Assembly (NCBI GenBank): GCA_013265495.1
Contig: MU058645.1
Span: 372,001-436,000 of the forward strand
Source of the DNA: Vicugna vicugna
Taxonomy: Eukaryota
Direction of reading: 5' to 3'
Length of the DNA: 64,000 nucleotides
The notes beneath the pieces are model-generated. The model did not search any database, had not been told where the DNA came from, and saw only the letters and a list, made by a program, of their open reading frames with translations. Below, piece after piece: positions 1 through 14,129 of this stretch; position 1 is the stretch's first letter, and each line of letters opens with the position of its first letter. The translations under genes and the position numbers were made by a program.

Positions 1-143
1 TTCATTATGAAATGACTTTTTAAAATCATTGAAAGCATTCTGTTGTTAAATTCACTTTTTCTGAGGCTAATATCACCTCTTAAACCTTCTTTTGAGTAAT
101 GACAATTTTTAGCATGATATATATTTTTCCATATTTTACTCTT

Positions 144-1100
144 TTATTGAAGTGTAGTTGATTTACAATATTATACTAGTTTCAGGTGTACATCACAGTG
201 ATTTGCTATTTTTAAAGATTATACTCCATACAAAATTAGTATCTAATATTAACTGTATTCCCTGTGCTGTACATTGTATCTTGTCATTTATTTATTTTAA
301 AACTGGTACTTTGTACTGTAAATCCTCTTCATCTGTTTTGCTCTTCCTCCCACCCTTCTCTCCTCTAGTAACCACTAGTTTGTTCTCTGTGTCTGTGAGA
401 CTCTGTTTTGTATATTCATTCATTTTGTTAATTTAGATTCCACATAGAAGTAAAAACATACAATATTTTTCTTTCTCTATCTGACATATTTCACTAAGAA
501 TAATACCATCCAGGTCCATCCATATTGTCACAAATAGCAAGATTTCATTTTTTATGGCTGAATAATATTTCATTACATATATATTGGAGTGCACAAATCT
601 TTTCAAATTAGTGTTTTCTGTTTCTTCAGATAAATATTAAGGAGTGAATTGCTGGATCATATGGTAGTTTATTTTTAATTTTTCAGAGGAAACTCCATAC
701 TGTTTCCCATAGTAGCTGTGCCATTTCACATTCCTACCACCAGTGCACTGTCTTCCACATTCTCTCCAGCAGTTCTTATTGTTCATCTTTAGATGGTGGC
801 CATTCTGACAGGTGTGAGATGATACTTTATTGTGGTTGTTATTTCCATTTCCCTGATGGTTAGTAATGTTGAGCATCTTTTTGGGTGCCTGTTGACCATT
901 TGTCTTCCTTTGGAAAAAATGCCTCTCCAAGTCCTCTGTCCATTTTTTAAATCAATTATTTGTTTTCTTTTGTTTGTTATATGGAATGGTAAAAATTCTT
1001 TATATATATTGGATATTAACCCTTTGTTTGACATACAGTTTGAAAATATCTTCTCTCATTCAGTAGGTTGCCTTTTTATTTGTTGATAATTTCCTTTTCT
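144..1100 (-). mobile_element. LINE-1 3' end (ORF2 C-terminal remnant + 3'UTR) inserted in an older L1
   Basis: Starts TTTTATTGAAGTGTAGTTGATTTACAAT, the antisense L1 tail. Minus ORF 789-1034 reads KGLISNIYKE...KRCSTLLTIREMEITTTIKYHLTPVRMA, typical of the L1 ORF2 C-terminus. Confidence 0.92.
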
Positions 1101-2680
1101 GTTAATTTAATGATTGCTTCAAAGTTTAATATACAGTATTAGCTCATATTCTACCTTGAGTGTTATATACTATACCTCACATACCAAAAGGATCTTACAA
1201 AAGCATACTTTCCTTTGTTCCTTCCCAGCCATTATACTAGTTTTCTCATGCATTTTACTTACATGTTTGTTGTACACCTGTCAATATACTTTTATTATTT
1301 TAATTTAACCTGTTGGTTGTATTTCTAAATGATTTAAATTATCAGATCAAATTTATGTAGCTATCCATGTAGTTTCCAATTTGAGTACTGCTTATTACTT
1401 TGCAAAGATCTATATTTCTGTCTGGTGTCATTTTAATTCCAACTGAAGTATTGTCTTTAACATTTCTTAGAGTGTGGTTTTCTGGTGATGAATTATTTCA
1501 CCTTTCGTATGTTTGGAAAGATTATTCGCTTTGATTTTTTTGAAAGATATTTTCATGGGCTTTGGAATTTTACAAGTTTGTCTTTCAATTCTTTAAAGAC
1601 ACTGCTCCCAGTGTTGTCTCACTCGCATTGTTTCTGGCAAGAAATCAGCTGTCATCCTTATCTTTGCTCCACTGCGTACCTCTGTATGTGACGTGTCATT
1701 TTCCTCTGACTGCCTTTATGATGCTATTGTTTTTAAGCAATAGTTTTTAGTGTTTTGATTATGTGCCTTAGTTTAATGTTCATATGTTTTGAACTTGGGT
1801 TTTATTTAGCTTCTTGGATCTAAAGGTTTAACTTTTTATCACATTTTGAAATCTTTCCACTATTGAATTGTCAGTGTTTTTTGGTCTCTGTCTTCTCCTT
1901 TGGAAAGTCAGATTACACCATACATTCTGTTCAAAGCTGTCCCATAGTTCATTGATGCTCTATATGTTTTTTTTTAAATTACTTTTTCTGTCTGTATTTC
2001 ACTTTGGATAATTTCTATTCCTATGTCTCAAATTCAATAATCCTTTCTCCAACAATGTTTAATCACTGTTAATCCCATCCAGTGTATTTTTCATCTCACA
2101 TGCTATAGTTTTTATCTCTAGAATGGCAATTTTTACTTTTTCACATCTACCATATTTCCACCTAACTCTTTGAACATATAAAATCTAATTCTAAGAACTA
2201 TTTGTTCTTTTTGGATCTTGCTTTTTAAATTTGTTTAGTATTAGAGTGAAGTTTAATCTAAGGCTAATTATTCCCTTCTACTAGCATAAGACGTTAATTC
2301 TTTACTCAAGTCCATAAATTATGTGTTTCCATGGCTGCTGGCACAGACACTATTCCCAGTCCTGTGTGAGTTCTGGATATAATTTCCTTTAATCTTGTGG
2401 GATGACTTTTTCTCCTGGGTCTTGAGCACTTTTCTTACACACGTGTGGTGATTAGCACTTTGCTGAATGTTCAAGGGGGATTCCCTAAAGATCACTGGAT
2501 TTCTCTCTCTCTCCAGCACTTTTCCCTCTAATATTCTATGCTAGAAACTCTCACCTTCTTGATCTCTTTGAACTCTCAGCTCTGTCTGCCCTGTATGGGA
2601 AGCCATCCAGGTTCAGCCTGAGCTCCCTCCTTGTGTCACACCCAAACACTTTCAAGGCAGTAGTCTGGACAAAACTTCCT
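1100..2680 (-). mobile_element. Old degraded LINE-1 (L1M-type) fragment
   Basis: T-rich antisense L1-like sequence, apparently continuing the element at 1-140. Recognised by pattern only. Confidence 0.65.
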
Positions 2681-2699
2681 TGAGTAAAACTAAATGATT

Positions 2700-4350
2700 T
2701 TATTGGCTACATAGCATACACAGTCCCATACTGATTGGAAGATAGAATCTCAGGAACAGTTCTGAGTAAATTTCCTCCACTATTTTCACATCAATTCCAT
2801 TCTGTGTCCACAGTCACCCACGTGATGAATTTGAGGTGACAGCAGTAAAAGTGGGCAATTAGATTTCAGTTAAAGTATTATTACTGGGGGAAATTAGAAT
2901 TCCAGCTTTTTGTCCAGGCTCTTTATCACACCATTTTAATTCCAAGTGGCCCATAGGAAACTCCAGGTTCTCCATATCAAATCTTTAAAATCCTAAATTT
3001 ATACAAGAAAGCAAGAATTCTTCATCAATTCCACCTGGGTTCTGTTAGCAGAGGAGTTCTATCTGTGACTGAGGAAGCATTTCCTAGGGATTAGACAGAG
3101 ATATGTTAAGGAAATGCCAGAAAATTGAAAGAAAAAAAAGAATAGCACCAAGCAGGTGTCTGGCCATTCAAAGCTATTCTGTCCTAATTGTTGGCAGAGT
3201 TAATGGTCGCCCGTGGTCTTACATTTCCTTTTAGTGTCTATCAAGCATAACCAGTCCTCAAATATTGCCCAACAGAAAAGCATAGAAACAATTAACATTT
3301 ACTTCACTTTTGATATTTAACTGAGTAAAATAATTCAATTTAGAGTAGTTCAAGCCATGTGTAAAAATCATGATGTTGCCCCAGTTTGGAAAGAGGCAAT
3401 TTGGATAGAGTGAGAAAAGAAAAACTATAGCCTTTTACTAAATGGGCAGAGAAAACTAAATTTCCCCTTGTTGTAAGGATTGTAAAATCATGGGAGAGAT
3501 TATCCAGGCTGGTGGTGCAATTGCTTTTCCTAGAGAGAGCTTTCAAAACGGACCAGTCACCCAAGTATTGTGAACAATTAAGGTGCAGGTGCATCACACC
3601 TGCAGAGGCGAGTGGATACAAGGAGCCCAAAGCGAGCATCCTTAGAGGGTCAGCAGGTGGTCTCTGATGTTGGATTGAACTTTTCTACCACTGGTGAGTT
3701 TCATAACAAAAAAGAAAATCCATTTGAATAATTCAGGACAAGCTTGTAAGTCTACAGCTAATCAACAAAGAAGGAGTTGAATGAGTAAGCCAACTTTTGA
3801 TTGCAAACAAGAGAGAAAATAGGGCACAGCCAGTCTCTAGGAAAGTGAAATTTACAGTAAAGAGAACCTTTACTGAACCCAAAGAACTTGGTAACTGTCC
3901 ATGCACGTATATTTTCAAAGGGCTCCTTAAACAAAGCAAAGGAACAACCTGCAGATTACAATTTATGAAAAGAGGACTCAGTACTGTCCTTTCAAGTATA
4001 ACAGTTGTTAACCATATTTTAAAAATCCACAGGTGACCCAGAATAAGGTATGGCTTGAATGTCTCAGTGGAATAGCCTATATTTTTACTTAGGGAGTAAA
4101 GCATTTATAAGGCAAAGGAAACTTCTCTAGTGACCCAAGGGAGCTGCCAAATTTCCTTAATGAGGGCAACTAACCAAAAATATTTCTAATTTTGATACAG
4201 TTTTAACTAATTTAGGAAGTAGAATACAAACTTTGGCTTAATAGAATTAGGGACAGATTGTGGGTGTGAACAAGTTGAAAGGCATCACTTACCCTCTACA
4301 GCAGGCATCACTGAGAGAGGTACAAAGTTTGTAGACAGCAGGCTTGTGTG
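2700..4350 (-). mobile_element. Decayed ERV1-class internal fragment (integrase C-terminal half, probably running into env)
   Basis: Minus-strand motifs in integrase order: HPQS (~4245), QLPWVT..SFAL*ML (~4140), PYLILGH (~4045), GSVKVLFT and IKSWLTHS (~3870-3780). Compare YHPQSSG, LxW..LP.AL, SPYE...G, GPY.VLLT, SWIH.S. The env part is inferred from position only. Confidence 0.55.
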
Positions 4351-4977
4351 GATCTGGTCTAAGCCATGCTGACTTTCAGGGTGTTGGGTTTCCCTGGGGA
4401 GTAATGTTTCGTGTTAAACTGTGTAAGGTGGTTTGGGATGAAAAAGGTATTTTAGAGACAAAACAAAATTTTCACAGTATGAGATGCTTAACTGTGACAA
4501 AATAATCCTTTTTCAAATGTTTGTAACTTGAGTTCAACAACTGGTTTGAAACTTTAAATTTTGAAGGTTGGTATTCCTTGTACACAAGTCAATACAGTCA
4601 TAAAATCTTGAAATGAAAAAAAAGAAAACGAAGACACTATTTAGTTCAAAGACTTCATTTTGTGGATGAAGAAACCAAAACACTGAAAGTTTAATAACTT
4701 GTCACAGTAAGACACTCGCATTAGGTGCTGAAACAATGTTTTGGCTATGTAACCGTCCACTTGATGAGGCAGAGGAAAGAGAAGCAGGTGTAGCTGAGTA
4801 GATTATAGTTGAGTCACTTCTACTGAGAGAATTTGGAGCCCTAGCTTTTTGTGCAAGCTTCTTATTTCATCCATTGCCCCCCCACTCTGCTCATCACACC
4901 AAGCCTCTAATTTCCTGATGGATTGGCCTGAAGGAACACACTCTGAAATCCCCATTCCTGTGTTCTAACAATGGTCT

Positions 4978-5302
4978 AGGGCAAGGCTTGGTAAGCTTTC
5001 TGAAAAGGGCCAGGAAGGAATGCTTGTAGGTCCTGGTGGATCATATATTTTCCATCATAATTACTCCGCTCTGCTGTTACAACATGAAGGGAGGCACAAA
5101 TAGCACATCAACAAATGGGCGTCAATATAACTTTACTTATGGGCATTGAAATTTGAATCCTACATCATTTTTACGTGTAATGAGTTATTCTTTTGATTTT
5201 TTTCAACTATTAAAAAGTGTAAAAAACATTCTTAGCTTTTGGCTGTACCAACAAAGACGGTGTCAGGATTTGGGCCATGGCTGTAGTCTGCTGACTCCTA
5301 TT
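4978..5302. mobile_element. MER58B-like hAT-Charlie DNA transposon
   Basis: Characteristic ends ...CTTTCTGAAAAGGGCCAG... and ...ACATTCTTAGCT...GGATTTGGGCCATGGCTGTAGTCTGCTGACTCCT. Confidence 0.75.
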
Positions 5303-6285
5303 CTAGGAGATAGTGATTGTCATGTTGATAAAAATTAAAATGATTGTGATTCAGAAAGAGAATAGAAAGTGCAAAGAATACTTTGAAGGTGGATGTAAAT
5401 CCAGGAGAGACAGTGCTAGGTAAGAGAAGTCCCAGATTCCTCTTGCGAAGGATTTCCACGTCCTACAACTGGGTGGGCAAATACAGCCCAGAACACCTGC
5501 TGCAGCTCTTCCTCCACAGAGGCCAACTCCAAGAGAGCCTTCCTTGAGGCACTCAAACAACTGTTTGCAAAATGGGTATGCCTTTGATGAGTGAGGGCAA
5601 CAAGCAGAGGAAAAGCTAAGTCTATTAGATTTTCCTTGTCTCTTCCGTGTCAAGGTGAGAAGGGGCGGAATGCGCAACTGCGAACAGACAATGAGCGAAG
5701 AAGAAACATTTGAATTTTCAAAAGAAAAGCTGAGGGAGGCAGAGGGAGGTGTCCACCCTGATCACTAGGCTGAGCCCTGAGACACGTTAAAGGAACATCA
5801 CAGTGGAATTGGCACAGACCACAGTTATATCTCAAGAGATAAAATACATTTTCATGCAATTCAAAGGAAGAGATTAATTAGAGCAAGCTATTAATATTTA
5901 AGAGTTCCAGCTCTGTTCGAGTTATAAACTTCATGGTTCACCACTTAAGAGATGGGAACTGGGGAAAGGCAGGTGCTGCGAGTGCTGAATTCAATTTCCT
6001 AAATTCCATTTCCTTCCCAACTTGAAAATTTCTCAAGTGCTGCACACCCTAATAGAACTTTTAACCATCTCTGGTTTTGTCAGAAAATGTTCTTCTTTTC
6101 TTCTTTTTAACTAGATGACAGGGACCAATTAAACTAATGAGCCTCACAAAAGTATTTCCCTTGGCAAATGGCAGGCTGTATTAATGTTTGCACAGTGCAG
6201 TTTTTGAGCTATAAAGCCTCTATGTTAAACGCCAGTGTTGCACAAGATATCTCTGTGTGCTATTGACTTCCACCAAGCTATAGCT

Positions 6286-6320
6286 ATGTATGTGTGTGTG
6301 TGTGTGTGTATATATATATT
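6286..6320. repeat. (TG)n(TA)n microsatellite
   Basis: Directly visible. Confidence 0.95.
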
Positions 6321-7799
6321 CAAAATCATGTTTAATTTTCTGTTGCTACACGCATTGTAGATGTACAGAGAGAATGTGGAAATACGGCACACGTGAATAG
6401 TGTCTTCATGTGAGTCACATCAGTTAGCCAAATCTTTCTTTTTTTAATTTAAAAGTCTCTAGATGATCATTTTCTCTACAATTAATTATTTAATAGTGAC
6501 AAGTAGAGTTTCCCAAATGATCATAGAAATCTTAAAGATGGATAAAAACAGGTCTGTTCACATTGCTTAAATACTTTAATACTTTGATGGTGGTCTAATT
6601 AAATGCTTATTGTAACCTCTCTAACATTATATTTACACATGCTGTCTACTGGAGAAAAAAGTCAGAGTGAAACAGCAAAATCTCAATGATTGGAAAGAAG
6701 CCTCCTCTTTATTTTGGACAAAAAAAAAAAAGAAATACACTCTGTTTTGTGATCCCTTCAAAATAGTGCAATGTTCTTGTCACATAAAAATACAATATAT
6801 ATTTTGGGGACTGGTTGAAGTATTGTAATTCTTAGCTAAGCTCTTCAGCAATATTATTTGAGTGTAGATTTCTCCTTAACGGAGGTCGTAACATGGTTAA
6901 ATGCCCATGCTGCTTGGAAGAAAACATCAACGTAGAGATCGCTTGGTTTATTTCAACATGTACTGTTCTCACCACGTACCTATATCTTAAAACAATACCT
7001 TTTAATCAGTATTCATGTGTGAAACTAACTAGAGTCTATACAATTAAAGAGATTTTTCTCATAAGGAAAATCTTTGATAGTTTCACAGAAACAGTTATTC
7101 AATTTAATGTATTCATTATAGAAAACTATTACATTCATTGAAAAAGGTAGCAGCAATTGAACAAAAAATAGTTTTTAAATTTAATTCTAAATATTTGAAC
7201 TTACAAGACGTGGAAAAAGGCTAATCTTGCAGTGACAGTGAAACAATATCTCAAAGATTACTTGACATTTAAATTTGTTATAAATGCAGAAATTTGCCAA
7301 ATACATAAAAGGAAAACTCAGAACCAATTTCAACATTCTAGTGAAGGTCCAATTTAGATGAACTGATTATTTAAATGGAATAGACACATTAAAGAATTGT
7401 ATTTCTACAGGTACTTTTTAGCCTTTATAGTTACAGCTTAATGTAGCTGATTTGCTAGACTTGATTTGAAAAATACAGGTTTATCTGGAAAAATTGTCAG
7501 GTAGGGGATGTTCTCTTTTACCCACAGGGCAACTAAGAATTGATACATAGGTTTTCTGGTGTACAATTACCAAGAAGGACTTTATTCATATTAGTGCTTG
7601 GAATATGTAAATATCCCACTTCTACCATTTACATGCTTGACTCACTCTGCTCTGGAACAAATTTATTAAAGCTGCAGAAGTGTATGACTCTCCGTTGGCC
7701 TTTAGTGTACTTCAAAGAATATAAAGTAGTAATTTTAAGGTAAATCAGATTAGATAACAGATAATGAATATATAGGATGTGTGTGTTCAAAATAAATAC

Positions 7800-9445
7800 G
7801 TATGAATTTCAACTTTTGACTCAGAGGTAGTAAGATGATTCCGAATTAGCCTTCCATCATTAACATATGGAAACTAAGCAAAATACAGGGACAACTATTT
7901 TCAGATGTGACTGAACAGGCAACTCTGACTGTGGTCCCTGGGAGAAAGGAAATATGACTCAGGCTTTTGGTGCCAAGAAGTAGTTTCCAAAATGTAACAG
8001 AGGGAGAAGGACTCCAAATGGAGCCTGGCCATTTTACAGATGTGAGAAGACAGAAATTAGAGTTTGAAGAGATTGAGAGTCTACAAGCTTTGAGGCAAAT
8101 TTCAGAAAGAAAGAGTTATGTAGAGGAAGATATCTAGAAATCTGTATAATGGCCTGAGTGAGTCTTTGGCTGAATATCAATCTGTGCAGGTGTAGCGTGA
8201 AGCTTCACAGTGCTGGACAAGAACAACTCCTGAGATTTAAAAAAAAAAAAAAAGAAGTTGCTAGAGAGCTGTAATAAGAACAATTTTCAAAGCCTGCAGA
8301 CAGTTAGCAATCATGAGAATTCTCTCTTGCAGATCCATACATTTATATGAAATGCAAAGCACCAACAATATATTAGATAAACTTGAAGAAGGAAAACAAA
8401 ATTGGTATCTTGATATAAAACATGGTATTTGGTATCAGATATCAAAGCAATAATCAAGACAGTATTGTACTGATGCAATGATAGATAAGTAAACCAACAC
8501 AACATAAGAGGAAATCCAGAAAGAGCTCATACTCTTGAATTTTGACAAAGGTGAAACTAGAGTGAAATTTGGAAGGCATGGCTTTTTAGTAAGCTTTTCT
8601 GGAACCCTTGTACAGCCCTATAAAATGAATCTTAATCCCTGCCTCACACGACACACTCAGTCAATTCCAGAATGATTGTACATCTAATACACATAAAAAA
8701 GGAAAGCATCATAGCTCCTAAAATGTTTGTTTTTTTTCCTAGAATGATAGTATATTTATGTGAGTTTGGGATAGGCAAACTTTTCTTAAAGAGGACAAAA
8801 TATACCTAGTGCAAAAGGGGAAAAAAGATTATTTAGACTACACTAAAATTAAGAATGCTCATCCAAATACAGCTCTCAAAGAGTACACTGATGAGACACA
8901 AACTGTGAGGAGGTATCTGTGATATACAGATTCAGCAAAGAGCGTGTGCCCAGAATATGTAAAGACTACTCTCAAAAAGGGAAAGATAGCCGACCCAGAA
9001 TAAAAAATCTGCAAAATACTTAGCCACTTCATAAAAGGGTATATTAAATGACCAAGAAGCAGTGTCCTTATTAGTCAATAGGACAATGAAAATGAAAACC
9101 ATATGATACAACCATTTAAAGAGAACAGACTTGTTAAACAGAAAAGGACAGAAAATACCAAGCGGTGACTAGGATATGGAACAACTGAAACCCTCATGCA
9201 CCGGTGGTAGAGGTGTAAATACAATAACTGCTTTGGGTCTCTGGCAAGATCTACTACAGCAGCATTCACGGACCTCGTTATCAATTCCACTTCTGTGATA
9301 TATAGTAAAAAGAATGAGTATATGCGATTCCTTGTTCACAGCAACACAAGTCGTGATAACAAAAATAGTGTAAGTAATGCAAATGTCCATCAGCCATAGA
9401 ATTTCTAAACATGTATAATATATCATACAGTAAAATGCTTAACTT
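7800..9445 (+). mobile_element. Old LINE-1 fragments (L1M/L1ME; ORF2 C-terminal part from ~8340)
   Basis: A-rich sense L1-like segments such as AAAGCAATAATCAAGACAGTATTGTACTG, TTTGACAAAGGTG and GAAAATGAAAACCATATGATAC. Confidence 0.75.
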
Positions 9446-10506
9446 GGGGCTTGGTTCTAATATATAACAATTCCTTGAACATGTGTAATTTATTTAAACT
9501 CTCTAAGTATCAATGTCATATCTGTAAAATAGTCACCATATTTGGCTGGATCATTGAAATTAAAAAAGACAGTATGCACAAGACACCTGGAACACAGCAC
9601 AGCTGGAGCAGAGCACCATTGTTGGCTTCCCTCCTGCAGTTCTCCCAGCAACCTTCTAATTTTGTTTCCTTGACCACATGTCTCTCTTTCCTTTTGCCTC
9701 CATTCTGGTTAACTTAGTAGAAGAAATCATAGTTTGCATTTTTAATTCAAACACTTAAAATCTTTTCTACAGATTTGTATATGATTTGTTTGTGTTTATT
9801 TTCTTTCTGTTTTGCCTTACAAGATCACCCCCACTCTTCAAACCCCTGCTCTTTTTTTCTCTTCAGAGCCCTCCTGTCATTTGCTGCCATTGCTTCTGTT
9901 CAGATGTAACAGTGAATTTCAATTGTGACACCTACTTCCTTATTCTTGACCATTTTATTAATAACCTTGATGCTGGTGAGTAGGAGGAGAAGATGTTAGA
10001 TGAACATACCAGAAGACTGAAATCTTTTCTTCAAATATGCATCATAAAAGACATATGAGAGAAGATTCCTTCACATTAACCCTCCCACTCCTCCTCCTTA
10101 AGTGTTGCTCATGTTAATCTGCTAATAATAACAGTGTCTGGAGAAACCTATTAGCAGCGGACAGTTCAGTGAGGAGTTTCACTTATGACCAGAGAAAATG
10201 GACTGTAAAAATGGAATTGACATTTTGCCACAAAATTCCATAGTTTAAGGATTTTTTAAAATAAGAATAAAAAAGTTTAAAAAACCCTGCACATTTACTT
10301 TTTCTTAGAATTTAACTATATATACAAGAAAAAGTAGTAACTTACATGAATTTAGCAAAATTGCAATTATTGGTGCCCTCATTTTTTACCATAGCACTAG
10401 TCGCCTCCAAAGAGTCACTTACCCGGAACAGCTCACACACACAAGTGTCACATATCACTGGGGTCTAGGATAAGCTGGTGCTAGGTTATGACTTTGTTTC
10501 CATGAC

Positions 10507-11345
10507 TTTTTTTCTTTTTATAATTTTATTCAAGTATAATAGATACACAATCAATGGAACATATTTAAGTGGACAATTTGATGAGTTTTGCCATATATAT
10601 ACACTTCTGAAACCATCCCACCGAAGATAAACATCTTCATTACCTTCAAAGTTTTCTCTTGTCCCTTCGTGATCCCCCCCCCACTAATCCTCCCTGCCCC
10701 ACATGCATGTAGCCGCTGGTCCACCACCTGTCCTTACAGATCGGTTTGCATTTTCTACAGGTTTCTACAAATGGAGTCCTCCAATATGCACTATTTTTCG
10801 TCTGGGTTCTTTCACTTAGCATAATTATTTGAGTTTCATCTGTATTCTTGCATGGGTCAATAGTTCATTCCTTTCTTATCACTGAGTGCTTATTCCATTT
10901 TGTGGATTACCAAAATTGGTTTTCCATTCATCTGTGTATGGACATTTGGTTTTTTCCTATTTTTGGCTATTATGAATAAAGGTACTATGAACATTCTTGT
11001 ACCAATCTTTCAACGTGTATTTCGGTTCTCTTGGGTAAAAATTTAGAGTAAAATTTTTGGATTGTATGATAGGTACATTGTTAGCTTTTTAAGAAACGAT
11101 CGAACTGTTTCTCAACATGGCTGTATCGTTTTAATTCTCCCCAAAGATCTACGTCTTTGTCAGCACTTGGTGTGTCCAGTCTTTTAGTTTTAGCCGTTCA
11201 GTGGATATTTAATGATATCTCAATATTTTAATGTGCATTTCCCTAAAGATCAGTGATGTTGAGAAACTTTTCATGTATGTGTTGTTATGCCATCTGTAAA
11301 TATTCTTCTATGAAGTATGCATTCAAACTTTAACCCGTTTTTCTT
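10507..11345 (-). mobile_element. LINE-1 3' end (L1MB-like)
   Basis: Poly-T start followed by typical antisense L1MB 3'UTR/ORF2-end text, e.g. TTTTGGCTATTATGAATAAAGGTACTATGAACATTC. Confidence 0.85.
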
Positions 11346-11734
11346 CGTTATTTTTAAATTTGTTTTTTTTCCAAAAAAAATAATTCCATTGAAAACATTA
11401 CAGCAAATAGTGTATCGATGACATGATAATGGCTCCTGTAATCAGAAGTCATAGTAGTAGAAGTGTAACTTCACAAAAGCCAATGGACTACAGACAGTTT
11501 CTTCAGACTGTTACATTGAGTAATCTTTCAAATTTAAATTTTCAATAGAGAAAAATGTATGTCAGGTTATTTGGCAATGCAGTTAGCTTAGCTTGCATTT
11601 TAATATTTTCTTTTTTTTTACTTCTTACTCTGCTTTCTGGTCCACCTCAAATCTAGTTCTATTGTCATGAGTCCTATTTGGGACTTAGATATTTCATAAA
11701 TTACATTATATTCTTAGTTTACCTTTTTGCATAA

Positions 11735-12320
11735 ACATGTTTATTTTGGAACAATTTTAGGTTTACAGAAAAGTTGCAAAGATAATACAGGGAATTCCCA
11801 TACAGCCCTAGCCCAGCTTCCCCTATCGGCGTATGTTACTTCTCAAAACTAAAAGAAAAAACAATGTTGATACACTGCCAATAACCAGACTTCAGACTTC
11901 TTTTGAATTTTGTCAGTTTTCCCTTTTTCCTTATCTCTTTTTCCTTTTTCAGTATTAAATCCAGGCTATCACATTGCATTTAACAACACGTGTCCTTAAC
12001 TTCTTCTGGTCTGTCATAGTTTTTCAGTCTTTTCTTTCATGACCCTGACAGTCTCAAGGAATCCTCACCAGGTATTTTATAAAATGTGTATCAATTGTGG
12101 TTTTGTTTGATGTTTTCGTCATGACTAGACTGGGGTTACAGGCTTTAGGGACAGACACCGCTGAAGTGCCATCCTCATCATGTTCTGTCGGAGGTGCATA
12201 GTATCAACTTGAGTATAACCTTACTCATGAAAGGTAATAGTTAAGCCAAATTTCTCTTCTATGAAATTGCTATTAAACAAATCATTAAGTCCAGCTCATT
12301 CAAAGTGAGGTTTTCACATT
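11735..12320 (-). mobile_element. LINE-1 3' end (L1MC/L1MB8-like)
   Basis: TTTTAGGTTTACAGAAAAGTTGCAAAGATAATACAG signature. Confidence 0.75.
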
Positions 12321-12339
12321 TTAAAATTAGGTTGTTTAA

Positions 12340-12885
12340 CAGTGTTTCCTGATGCATAATAAATGGCCAGAATTTGAATGGCTTAAAACAACACAAGTTT
12401 ATTGTCTCAGTTTTCAGGGCTCAAGAGTCTGAGTGTGCCTAAGCCAAGCCCTGTGCTCTTAATAGATGCATAAGACTGAAATCAAGGTGTCTTCAGGGCT
12501 GTGGAATCATTTAGAGTGCGGTGCCTCTTCCAAGCCGGTTCAGTTGGTTGGCAGAACTCAGTTCATGGTGGTTGTAGGACTGATATCCCATATTCTTGCT
12601 GGCTGTTGGCCAGAGATTTCCCTCAGCTCTAAAGTTACCCTCCACGCCTCGCTCCATGTCCCCTCCATAGGCCACACACAACGTGGTTGTCTGTTTTCTT
12701 CCAGGAGAGCAGACCTCCCTCTCCTGCAATTTAGGTCGCGCAGGATAATCTCCCATGTGGATTAACTCAAAGTCAGCCAGTTAGTAACTTAATGATGAGC
12801 GTGAAATCCACCATATCTAGAGGTTCTGCCTACACTCAGAGGGGAATGTGCAGAGAGTGTGCACCACAGAGGAGTGGGCAAGTCT
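12340..12885 (-). mobile_element. MaLR LTR (MLT1 family)
   Basis: GGCTTAAAACAACACAAGTTTATTGTCTCAG...AAGACTGAAATCAAGGTGTC...GCAGAACTCAGTTCATGGTGGTTGTAGGACTGA, the MLT1 pattern. Confidence 0.85.
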
Positions 12886-14129
12886 GTTCAGTCATATTAT
12901 TATGCTTCTTATGACAGGTTGTCTTCTTATTTTAAGTTATAAGGCTCTTTATTTATTCCAGATACAAATCCTTCATCAGATACGTGTTTTGAAAATATTT
13001 TCTCCCAGTCTGAGGCTTGCATTTTTATTTCTGTAACAATGTCTTTTGAAGAGCAAGAATGTTTGCCTTCTCCAAAGTTATTAAAATTTTCTGTTTTCTC
13101 CCAGAAATTCCAAATGCCAAGGCAATTAAACGAGGAAAGGAAAAAATCTTTCAACGAATGATGCTACAAAAAAATGGACACTAGTTACAAAAAAGAGAAC
13201 TCATACTTTACCATACAGTTTTTATAAAATTTAATTCAAAATTAACTATAGAGTGAAATGCAAAACATAAAACGTTGACTTCTTTATTGATAATATGAAC
13301 ATTATTTGTGATGAGCTGGATACAAAATATAACAACCATTTTTGTTATACTTTCTACCATAATAAAAATCCTCACTCTTTTAATAATAATTTCGTAGCAA
13401 ATAATTACTCAGGGCCAACTCTGTGCCAAATATTGAAAGGAGAACATTGAGGGAAAATAAACAATGTGTTCAGTTTAAGCTTAAAGTTTAGGGAAGAGAC
13501 AAATATTCATCAAATCATCAGACAGGTAAGTATAATAACTGAAGATAAACCTGTTAAAATTGCATATGCACTTGCCCTTTGACATAACAATCTCAGGAAT
13601 GCCCTCAAAGACACACTGGCCATAACCAGAATTTCCCCCTTCCGCTTCCAGGTTGAATTAATATTCCAGCAGATAACAACTATAAAAATTGACAGAATTT
13701 TTAAAAATAATGTGAGAGGACTAAAGGGTGAGCAGAAGTAACCATCAAACATCAAACATCAGAATGAGATCTCGCTATCTATTGCACCCACAGAACACAG
13801 CACTGCGGTTGCCACTGCCGACTTCGCCAGCCTCCTCTTTATAAGCAGCCGTGGTTTTTTTCCTTCCATCTTTGACTATAACAACAACAAAAATGCTGTA
13901 ATGAACAGCCTTGTGCTTATGTCATTTGATATGTTTGCCAGAAAATCTTTAAGGGAAATTACTTAACGATTCACCAGTGAGTATAATGTTAGTTATGTGG
14001 CTTTCTTTTATATGACATTCACCAGGTGAAGGAAGTTCCTTCTACTCCCAGTTTGTTGAGAGCTTATATCAGTTGTGAATGTTTAATTTTATCAAGTGTT
14101 TTTTAATGCATCAATTAAGAAAAAAAGCT

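Noticed and set aside
3810..3860. FTFLETGC read as a retroviral protease active site (LxDTGA)
   Set aside because: The neighbouring motifs fit the integrase C-terminus, and the order is incompatible with a protease.
5660..5768. GC box + TGCGCA followed by short ORF MSEEETFEFSKEKL
   Set aside because: Only 25 codons, with no CpG island or supporting exon structure.
9867..9975. Plus-strand exon-like block with strong acceptor and G|GTGAGT donor
   Set aside because: It is isolated, with no partner exons or recognisable peptide; such pseudo-exons are common.
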